From Verrucomicrobiota bacterium (GTDB lineage Bacteria; Verrucomicrobiota; Verrucomicrobiia; Chthoniobacterales; UBA10450), in contig JBDUCP010000001.1 of NCBI GenBank assembly GCA_040003405.1, positions 1 to 33,053 on the forward strand: a DNA stretch of 33,053 nucleotides. Direction: 5' to 3'. Both the position numbers and the translations under genes were made by a program. How positions within the stretch are numbered: the stretch's first letter is position 1; each line of letters opens with the position of its first letter. The notes below the pieces were generated by a model. It saw only the letters and a list, made by a program, of their open reading frames with translations. It ran no database searches and was not told the DNA's origin. Shown here piece after piece: positions 26,122 through 33,053 of the stretch.

Positions 26122-26628
26122 TCACCAACCCTCAGTCAATTGGCTGACCAGGTTTATCGCCAACTGCTCGGCTGCGAGGGGCAAGGCCTGACGCTCGTCG
26201 GTGCTCACATCGGAACCCACGAAAAAATTGGTTCCGCCCGCCGCCTGTCCCGAAGTCTTAATCGTTTGCCCATCGCGGCCGATGAGAGTGTAACTAACCC
26301 GCAGTCCCAAATTGAATTCGACCGTCGCGAGAACGTTGCCCCGAACGGAACGCGCGGGAGACCGGCTAAGGCCCACGATTTCCCCTTTCAGGATCGCATC
26401 AGCATTATCTGCATTCGCGATCCGAAAAGTCCCGTCCTGTTGGAATTGCTTGATCACCGTGCCGGTGACCAGAGCCTCGATCCGGGGAACGAGCGTTCCG
26501 TTGCGGAAAGTCGGTACCGCGATGGAATGGATATCGCGCAGGTAGGCCGGAGTAGCGGGCCCGACATGGTAACCTGCGCATCCGCTCAAAAAAGCTGCGA
26601 ACAGGAAAGTAGAGAATGCCTTTTTCAC
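26122..26628 (-). CDS. lipoprotein, LptE-like (putative LPS-assembly lipoprotein)
   Basis: 168 aa with a lipobox FLSGC followed by AGYHVG, then SIAVPTFRNGT and LTGTVIKQF-type segments reminiscent of LptE. It is directly downstream of the BamD-like gene. Confidence 0.45.
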   Translation of the reverse strand: MKKAFSTFLFAAFLSGCAGYHVGPATPAYLRDIHSIAVPTFRNGTLVPRIEALVTGTVIKQFQQDGTFRIANADNADAILKGEIVGLSRSPARSVRGNVLATVEFNLGLRVSYTLIGRDGQTIKTSGQAAGGTNFFVGSDVSTDERQALPLAAEQLAINLVSQLTEGW

Positions 26629-26630
26629 GA

Positions 26631-27851
26631 CTACGGCGTGGCCGCCGCGTCGGGTGTCGGCGAGGGCGAAGGCGTGGGCAAGGGGTCGGTCGTAGACGAT
26701 GGAGGCGCGGTGGTCGTGTCGGGCAAAAGCGAAGCCGGTGGCGGCAGAGAGACATCGCTGTCCGGCGCCGGGAGCGGCGCGTCGTTGGGCGAGGTTTGCC
26801 TCTGGGAATTGGAGCCGGGTCCTTCCGTGGTCTTTTTGTTTTTCTTGTTAGCCGTGGCCGCCGAGACCGAGGCGGGCTGGAGTTTGGCATCGCCGATTTT
26901 TTGGCGCAGTTCGGCGATTCTTTTTTTGGCTCTCTCGCCCTCTTCCGACCCCGGCTGCTGTCGGATAACATCGTTATAATAGATCGCCGCCGCGCGATAA
27001 AACTTTTGCTTGTCGTAAAACTTGGCGATCTGGAAGGCGGTGCTGGTCTGCTTGTGCTCGAGCATTTTCACGTTCTCCCGGGCCTGCGCCGCTTTCTCGC
27101 TGTTGGGATGCCGGTAGAGAAAGTCTTCAAAGCCGATCTTGCCGTTTTTTGTCGCGGCGGGATCGTAGGTGCCGGAACGTGCGGCCTGCGCCCAGATGTA
27201 TCCGATCTGGTACTGCGCGTCGGCGGCGATTGGATCATTTGGGAATTTTTCGACTACGGCCTGGTAGGCGGCGATGGCCAGCTCATTCGAGCCTTGTTTT
27301 TCCCGAGCGCGTCCAATGTCGAACTGTGCTCGCGCGGTGTATTTCCCGTACGGGGCGGAGCGCACGATGGCCGCGAAAATGTCCAGGGCGCGATCCATCG
27401 AGGGCTTGATCGGAAAGCCGAGGATTTTAACTTTTTGCCCTTGGAGATACATTTCACCGATCCGGAAAAGAGCCTCGATCGATTCGTCGAAGTGCTGACT
27501 CTTGGGGAATTTCTCGGCCAGAACGGCGTAGCTTTGCGCGGCTTTGAGATAATCCCGGACCTGCTCCTGCAACTGCGCCATGCGATAAAGCGAACCGGAA
27601 GCGAGCGTGTCCTTCGGGTGCCGGCGGACGAGCTGGCTGTAAATCTTGATCGCTCGTTTAAAATTCCCACCGTTCTCCGCCTCCTGGGCCCTCGAGAAAA
27701 GCTGCTGCGCGTTGCCGCCTACCTCCTCCTCGCCCGGCGTCACGTACTTCGCCTTCTCGCCAGGTTTGAAGATTACGGATGCCGTCGCCACCTGGGATAT
27801 GACGAGGCAAAGCAGTGCGGGCAAAAAAAGGATGCGAAATGGAGATTTCAT
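26631..27851 (-). CDS. BamD/YfiO-like TPR outer-membrane assembly lipoprotein with Pro/Thr/Ser-rich C-terminal tail
   Basis: I take the start at the Met at 27851 (MKSPFRILFLPALLCLVISQ...); the ORF opens at 27986. It has repeated TPR-like helices with BamD-style segments (AQFDIGRAREKQGSNELAIAAYQAVVEKFPNDPIAADAQYQIG). The last ~90 aa are low complexity (PLPAPDSDVSLPPPASLLPDTTTAPPSSTTDPLPTPSPSPTP). Confidence 0.6.
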   Translation of the reverse strand: MKSPFRILFLPALLCLVISQVATASVIFKPGEKAKYVTPGEEEVGGNAQQLFSRAQEAENGGNFKRAIKIYSQLVRRHPKDTLASGSLYRMAQLQEQVRDYLKAAQSYAVLAEKFPKSQHFDESIEALFRIGEMYLQGQKVKILGFPIKPSMDRALDIFAAIVRSAPYGKYTARAQFDIGRAREKQGSNELAIAAYQAVVEKFPNDPIAADAQYQIGYIWAQAARSGTYDPAATKNGKIGFEDFLYRHPNSEKAAQARENVKMLEHKQTSTAFQIAKFYDKQKFYRAAAIYYNDVIRQQPGSEEGERAKKRIAELRQKIGDAKLQPASVSAATANKKNKKTTEGPGSNSQRQTSPNDAPLPAPDSDVSLPPPASLLPDTTTAPPSSTTDPLPTPSPSPTPDAAATP

Positions 27852-27907
27852 CGCGTTGCGCAGGGTAGCTACCTTGAAGGCCCAGTCAAGCTGGCCCGGG
27901 AAAACTA

Positions 27908-28879
27908 ATGGCGGGCCAACCGGGTCGGCCGGCCGCCTCCAAGACAGCTTTCCCCGAGGGCGGAAGCGATTACTTTGGAGGTCCATTGAATCTTACGGCA
28001 CAGCAAAAAATCCGGCTCGGGGCCTGCGCCTGGAGTTTTGAGGAATGGCGCGGCAGCTTTTATCCCGCGGACCTGCCGCCGGCGCGCTGGCTGGAATTCT
28101 ATTCGCACTACTTTCCCGCGATTGAAGTCGATTCCACCTTCTACCACGCACCGCCGGAAGCGAGCGTGCGCCGCTGGGCGGAACACACTCCGGCATCCTT
28201 CCGTTTCGCCTGCAAATTGCCGCGCGACATCACGCATGACTGCCGCTTGCGCGATTGCAGCGCGCAGCTCACCGCCTTTCTTCAGGCCCTGGAACCGCTC
28301 GGCCAGAAACTTCAAGTCATCCTGATTCAATTGCCGCCCTCCTTTTCCCCGAAAGATGGGCGCACCGCGTTACGCGGATTTCTCGAGCAACTCCCGCGCG
28401 ATTTCCGGTTCGCGATCGAGTTCCGCCATGCCGGATGGCATCGGCCGCAAATCATTCACCTGCTGGAAAAGCATCGCGTCTGCTGGGTTTGGGCCGATAC
28501 CAGCCCGCTGAACGAGCGCAATCTCGCGCCCTTCGAATTCCTTCCGCGCACGACCGATTTTCTCTACGTCCGGCTTCTCGGTGATTACACCACGAAATAC
28601 GATCACGACGGCGAGCGGGTGCATCGTTACGGAAAACTGCTTTGGAAACGCGAAGCCGCGCTCGAGAGCTGGGCGATCAAAATCGAACGGCATCTCGACG
28701 ATACGCGTAACGTCTGGACCTTCGTCAACAATCACTTCGAAGGTTTCGCGCCCGAGACTTGCCAGCGCCTCGCAAATCGGCTCGGCTTCGAGCTTCCCCT
28801 TCCCTCGCCCGCCGAAATCGCCTCCGCCGATCCCGGCCAGCTCGATCTCTTCGCAGGCAAGGACGCCTCTTCTTCGTAA
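27908..28879 (+). CDS. DUF72 (UPF0759) family protein
   Basis: Contains GACAWSFEEWRGSFYPADLP, FYSHYFPAIEVDSTFYHAP, QLPPSF and NNHFEG, the hallmark DUF72 segments. Confidence 0.8.
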   Translation: MAGQPGRPAASKTAFPEGGSDYFGGPLNLTAQQKIRLGACAWSFEEWRGSFYPADLPPARWLEFYSHYFPAIEVDSTFYHAPPEASVRRWAEHTPASFRFACKLPRDITHDCRLRDCSAQLTAFLQALEPLGQKLQVILIQLPPSFSPKDGRTALRGFLEQLPRDFRFAIEFRHAGWHRPQIIHLLEKHRVCWVWADTSPLNERNLAPFEFLPRTTDFLYVRLLGDYTTKYDHDGERVHRYGKLLWKREAALESWAIKIERHLDDTRNVWTFVNNHFEGFAPETCQRLANRLGFELPLPSPAEIASADPGQLDLFAGKDASSS

Positions 28880-28907
28880 TCGTGCTCGTGCTCCTGCTCG
28901 TGATCGA

Positions 28908-30212
28908 TCAACGAATCTCAGCCGCCCCGAAGTACGGCTGCAATTTTTCCGGGACCCGAACCGAGCCGTCCGGTTGCTGGTAAGTTTCGATCAGCGCGGC
29001 GAACAATCGCGGCAGCGCCACGCCCGAACCGTTCAAGGTGTGGCAGAACCGGTTTTTTCCTTCGGCGTCTTTGAACCGCAAATTCATCCGGCGCGCCTGG
29101 TATTCCTCGAAGTTCGAGCAGCTCGAAACTTCCAGATACGCGCCGAACTGCGTCGCCGCACCTACTGCGCGCGGTTGTCCCGGCGACCAGACCTCGATGT
29201 CATACGTCTTGGCCGAGCCGAAAGTTAAGTCGCCCGTGCACAATTCGATCACGCGATAATGGAGACCGAGCAGCTGCAATACTCGCTCCGCGTCCGCCGT
29301 GAGCGATTCGTGTTCGGTGTAGGAACTTTCCGGCGCGGTAATCTTGACCAGCTCCACCTTGTCGAACTGATGCACGCGAATGATCCCGCGCGTTTCGCGG
29401 CCAGCTGAGCCCGCTTCGCGGCGGAAACAGGGCGTGTAGGCGACATATTTTTTCGGCACCTCCACCGTCGCCAGAATTTCTTCGCGATGAAAATTCGTCA
29501 CCGGCACCTCGGCCGTCGGCGCGAGGAAGAGTTGGTTCTCTTCCAGTCCGTACATGTCCTCCTCGAATTTCGGGAGCTGCGACGTGCCGATCATGCAATC
29601 GCGCAGGACGAGAAACGGTGGACTCATTTCGAGATAACCGTGCTCGCGCGTGTGCAGATCGAGCATGAAATTTATCAGCGCCCGCTCCAGTTTCGCGCCC
29701 GCGCCGGTGAAGCAAATGAATCCGCTGCCGCTCAGTTTCGTCGCGCGGTCCGGATCGAAAAGTTTCAACTTCGTCCCGAGCGCGACATGATCCAGAATCG
29801 GCCCCTTTAAGTCGGGCTTCTCGCCCCAGCTTCGCACCACTGGGTTCTCGCTCGCATCTTTCCCGATCGTGGCGGCCGGGTGCGGCAGGTTTGGAAGCGC
29901 GAGCAGTATTTGCTTCTGTTGCTCGTCCGCCGCGGTTGTCTGCTCGTTTAGCAGGGCAATCTGATCGCCGATCCCGCGCACCTGCGTCTCGATTTCTTCC
30001 GTGGCTTCGCCGCGCGCGCGTTTCCCGCCGATCTCTTTGCTTAATCTTTTCCGGTCGGCATTAAGTTGCTGCAAAGCCGTCTCCGCCTGGCGGCGCTCCG
30101 CATCCACGCGCAACACCTGATCGATCCTCGCTACATCCTCGGCGTTCCCGCGGGTGGCGATCCGGGTCTTCACCAGGTCGGGCTGTTCGCGAATGAGGCG
30201 GATGTCGAGCAT
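28908..30212 (-). CDS. serS: seryl-tRNA synthetase
   Basis: 434 aa starting MLDIRLIREQPD, with an N-terminal coiled-coil arm and class II motifs (FRREAGSAGRETRGIIRVHQF, TLNGSGVALPR). Confidence 0.95.
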   Translation of the reverse strand: MLDIRLIREQPDLVKTRIATRGNAEDVARIDQVLRVDAERRQAETALQQLNADRKRLSKEIGGKRARGEATEEIETQVRGIGDQIALLNEQTTAADEQQKQILLALPNLPHPAATIGKDASENPVVRSWGEKPDLKGPILDHVALGTKLKLFDPDRATKLSGSGFICFTGAGAKLERALINFMLDLHTREHGYLEMSPPFLVLRDCMIGTSQLPKFEEDMYGLEENQLFLAPTAEVPVTNFHREEILATVEVPKKYVAYTPCFRREAGSAGRETRGIIRVHQFDKVELVKITAPESSYTEHESLTADAERVLQLLGLHYRVIELCTGDLTFGSAKTYDIEVWSPGQPRAVGAATQFGAYLEVSSCSNFEEYQARRMNLRFKDAEGKNRFCHTLNGSGVALPRLFAALIETYQQPDGSVRVPEKLQPYFGAAEIR

Positions 30213-30298
30213 GCTTTGCTGTAGCCACGGCCCTACGAGCCGTCAACAACGGCACTAAGTCCAGCTAAGCCTCGTCAACCCTCGCAGCGAGAGGTCAG

Positions 30299-30682
30299 TC
30301 ACCTCGCAGGCGGGACAAACGCCATGGGAAAATCAATTTCTCTCTTCTTGCCTGGCTTTGCTCGCCAGCCCATTGCGGCGTGCACGACGGCGTCGTCCAA
30401 CTCACGTAATCCAGCACTCTGAACCACGACGACGCGACTCACCTTGCCGCTTGGTTGAACGTACGCGCGATAAGTTCCCCTCCCCGATACTCTATTCCTG
30501 CGAGCCGCCCACGGATAGTCGGGCACCCAGATATGTTGGAAATAGCGAAGGATATCAGGGCCGGTGAAGACCCCCGGCGGTTGCGGCCGCGCCAGGGACG
30601 TCCGGCTGCCGAGGATAATTGAGATCAGTGCCAGAGTCCCACAGGCGAGGGATAAACGTCCCATGGAAAACTGTAATGGCAC
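30299..30682 (-). CDS. TonB C-terminal domain protein
   Basis: 127 aa with an N-terminal hydrophobic segment and PDYPWAARRNRVSGRGTYRAYVQPSGKVSRVVVVQSAGLRELDDAVVHAA, a TonB_C/energy-transducer fold pattern. Confidence 0.6.
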   Translation of the reverse strand: MPLQFSMGRLSLACGTLALISIILGSRTSLARPQPPGVFTGPDILRYFQHIWVPDYPWAARRNRVSGRGTYRAYVQPSGKVSRVVVVQSAGLRELDDAVVHAAMGWRAKPGKKREIDFPMAFVPPAR

Positions 30683-30699
30683 TGACCCTCGGCTGCAAT

Positions 30700-31803
30700 A
30701 TGGCAGCGACCTTTAGGCGCGTGACAAGTCACCATGTGGCTCCATACTTCCGCGTGGATAGATTCAACCTCCTGAGTGTCGCGCTCGGTCTGGCTTGTCT
30801 CGCCGGCGTTAATCTTTACCTCACGGTTTTCGTCACCGGCCTCGCCATCAACCAGCACTGGATCGTCCTCTCGCCGAATTATCATTCGCTCGAAGTCCTC
30901 GGCCATCCCTGGATCGTCATCATCGCGGGCGTTCTCTATTTCCTCGAATTTTTTGCCGACAAAATTCCGTGGATCGATTCCGCGTGGGACGCCGTGCACA
31001 CCATCATCCGGCCGATCGGTGGCGCGTTGATCGGGCTCCAGGTGCTGGGTCATTCCAGCGCGGTCGTGAACGCGCTCGTCCTCCTCCTGGCGGGCACCAC
31101 CAGTCTCGTCACGCACACCGCGAAGGCATCCACGCGCCTGGTCGCGAACAGTTCGCCCGAACCGTTTTCCAACATCGGGCTCAGCGTGGCGGAAGACGTC
31201 ACGGTTTTCGGCGGTCTTGCCCTCCTTCATTACAATCCAATTCTGGCCATCTCGCTTTTCGCGCTCGCCATCGCCGCGTTTCTCTACTTCGCACCGAAAG
31301 TCCTCCGCTCGATCAGAGCCAAGCTCTGGCTCGCCTTGACGAAACTGAACGGCCCCGCCGATCTGCGTCGTTCCTCGCCCTTGCCCATCGCGCTCCCCGC
31401 CCGGCTCGGCCCGATCTTTAGCAAACAAAACGTGCTCGGAGAAACGATCGCCTGGGCCGTGCCCTGCATCAGCGGCCGCGGGCACAGGATTCCGGCGAAT
31501 CTTTTCGGCGCGCTCGTCGCCACGAACGAAGAGCCGCACAAGCTTGTCTTCGTGGCGCGAAAAACTTTCCGGCCCTTTTCTCAAACGATCGAGCTGGAGG
31601 AAACGACCATCTCGCACGAGTCACAGTTTCTCTCGGAGAATCTCGTTATTTTTCCTACCGAGGGCCGCGGACCCAGATACGCGTTCATGTTTACGCGCTC
31701 GCGCGGCCCACTAGTGGAGCAGATCGCGGAATATCTGCGCCAGCGCCCGACTTTGCCGCCGGCCATCGAGACTCTGGCGCCGGAGCCCGTGGCGCACGTG
31801 TAG
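30700..31803 (+). CDS. DUF4126 membrane protein with extra C-terminal soluble domain
   Basis: FLEFFADKIPWIDSAWDAVHTIIRPIGGALIG matches the DUF4126 core. The ORF opens at 30619, but the Met at 30700 avoids overlapping the divergent TonB-like start. About 150 C-terminal residues are unassigned. Confidence 0.6.
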   Translation: MAATFRRVTSHHVAPYFRVDRFNLLSVALGLACLAGVNLYLTVFVTGLAINQHWIVLSPNYHSLEVLGHPWIVIIAGVLYFLEFFADKIPWIDSAWDAVHTIIRPIGGALIGLQVLGHSSAVVNALVLLLAGTTSLVTHTAKASTRLVANSSPEPFSNIGLSVAEDVTVFGGLALLHYNPILAISLFALAIAAFLYFAPKVLRSIRAKLWLALTKLNGPADLRRSSPLPIALPARLGPIFSKQNVLGETIAWAVPCISGRGHRIPANLFGALVATNEEPHKLVFVARKTFRPFSQTIELEETTISHESQFLSENLVIFPTEGRGPRYAFMFTRSRGPLVEQIAEYLRQRPTLPPAIETLAPEPVAHV

Positions 31804-31860
31804 TTTGCTGCGCCCCGAAGCGCTGTCATTGCGAGCCGCGCAGACGGCGAGGGACGTCCG

Positions 31861-32007
31861 GAAAGCTCCAAATTCCAAGCTCCAAGCACCAGAGAAACAC
31901 CAAGCTCCAAACTTCAAAGGCACCCGGCACGCTGTTTTGGTGTTTGGTGTTTGGTTTGGAGCTTCTCTGGAGCTTGGTGCTTGGAGCTTCGTGCTTGGAG
32001 CTTTTTT
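31861..32007. repeat. long imperfect inverted repeat built from degenerate heptamers (AAGCTCC / GGAGCTT), ending in a T6 run
   Basis: AAGCTCC occurs at 31863, 31877 and 31902. Its complement GGAGCTT occurs at 31958, 31969, 31983 and 31997. The outermost pairing is GAAAGCTCCAA (31861-71) with TTGGAGCTTTT (31996-32006), followed by TTTTTT at 32002-32007. Confidence 0.7.
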
Positions 32008-32050
32008 CTCGTCAAACGCCCCTCGATTCTCCACAATCCCTCCTCTCCCC

Positions 32051-33053
32051 GATGCTGCTTGCCGATCGTTACGCCGAGCTCCGCGCTTCCGCGCGCGTCC
32101 ACGAACGCGCGCTCTTTCCCGCGCGAAGCACGCCAGGCGAATTGGAACTACAGGCGCGCTGGTTCGCCGGCGATTTCGGTAGACACTTTCGCTCTGTTTC
32201 CGGCGACGACATCGAGATCGTCCAGTTCGGCACCTGGAATCGCGAAGCCGGTCCCGATTTTTCCGACGCCGTCATTCGCCTCAATGTCGGCGATCCGATC
32301 CGTGGCACGGTCGAGTTCGACCTGGCGGATCGAAGCTGGGAAACGCATGGTCACGCCACCAATCCCGCTTTCGACGACGCGGTTCTCCACGTCTTCGTGC
32401 AACAAAGCGAGCGCGCCTTTTTCACCCGCACCCAATCCAATCGGAACGTGCCGCAGCTGCGGGTCGATCCCGATACTTTGGCGGACTCGTTCTCCGCGAT
32501 TGTTCCGCTGGCGCGTCCCGGCCGTTGCCAGGCGCCGCTGAAAGATCTGGCGGAAGACCGGCTCAACCATATTCTCACCGCCGCCTCGCAATTTCGCCTG
32601 CAACGCAAGGCTGCGCGGATCAAGACCATCGTGGAAAGTCACGGACGCGATCAGACTCTCTTTCAAGAGATCGCTGCCGCCCTCGGCTACAAACAGAACA
32701 AGCTCGCCTTCACTCTTCTGACCCAGCGCCTGCCGCTCGCGTTCCTGCGCAAACAAGGCGACGACACGGAAGCGATCCTCTTCGGCGCGGCCGGTTTTCT
32801 CGAAGCCTCAGACCTCGCCGTCTACGCGCCAGGCACACGTGATTATCTGAGAAAACTCTGGGACCGCTGGTGGCCGCACCGCGATGAGATGCAGCGTCTC
32901 GCGTTGCCGCCGAAACTCTGGCGACTGAGTGGAAGTCGGCCACTGAATCATCCCCAACGCCGGCTCGGCGCGCTCGCTGCGCTGGTTCGCGCGTGGCCGT
33001 CGCTTATCCGCTCGCTCGCCACCAGGAAACCCGAGCGCATCCGGGAATTCTTC
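32051..33053 (+). CDS. DUF2851 family protein (C-terminus beyond right edge)
   Basis: Absent from the ORF track because it is open-ended. My translation from the ATG at 32051 reads MLLADRYAELRASARVHERALF...ELELQARWFAGDFGRHFRSVSGDDIEIVQFGTWNREAGPDFSDAVIRL...GTVEFDLADRSWETHGHATNPAFDDAVLHVFV, matching the DUF2851 signature (GxxNxxxGPDFxxA...VExH...W..HGH...Y..V.LHV). Confidence 0.65.

Noticed and set aside
26101-27908. Long plus-strand ORFs (26101..26979, 26616..27908; 292 and 430 aa) opposite the TPR, LptE-like and BamD-like genes.
   Set aside because: Their translations are Arg/Gly/Pro-rich and low complexity, typical of antisense frames of GC-rich genes. The minus-strand products have signal peptides, a lipobox and TPR periodicity. 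I treat these as shadow ORFs. The same reasoning applies to 1948..2541(+), 15751..16290(-), 17929..18513(-), 30625..31617(-) and 32148..32756(-).
31861-32007. CRISPR array as an explanation for the repeat-rich intergenic region.
   Set aside because: The units are degenerate 7-mers with 11-25 nt spacing and are arranged as two inverted arms. There are no 25-40 nt direct repeats, no unique spacers and no cas genes.

Overview
This 33-kb chromosomal window comes from a diderm bacterium with moderately high GC. The phylum cannot be proven from sequence alone; my guess is a Verrucomicrobiota-like soil organism. The window is densely packed with housekeeping genes and I see no prophage, integrase, transposase, CRISPR array or recognisable defence island. 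Left to right the genes are: a PfkB kinase (partial), thiE, accC, accB, an RluA-type pseudouridine synthase, a PagL-like outer-membrane deacylase and a NUDIX-related phosphoesterase. Next comes a TCA block of sucC, a VOC gene, sucD and citrate synthase, then phosphoglucomutase, lnt, an ABC exporter (ATPase plus an ABC-2 permease fused to an amidohydrolase) and a secreted S1/P1 nuclease. After these are an sdhC-like membrane anchor with sdhA, tRNA-Leu(CAG), a BamD-like/LptE-like/TPR envelope cluster, a DUF72 gene, serS, a TonB-C protein, a DUF4126 gene and a partial DUF2851 gene. The most unusual signal is at DNA level, not a gene. The non-palindromic word GCCTAACGAG / CTCGTTAGGC occurs far more often than chance allows, in both orientations and in every stop-free reading frame, which resembles a DNA-uptake-sequence-type genomic signature. 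Secondary oddities are: the permease-amidohydrolase fusion with an extra transmembrane helix, an antisense DUF1345 gene splitting the ABC operon, a domain shared between the nuclease C-terminus and a stand-alone secreted protein, an sdhC-sdhA pair lacking an adjacent sdhB, and a ~150-bp heptamer-built inverted repeat.
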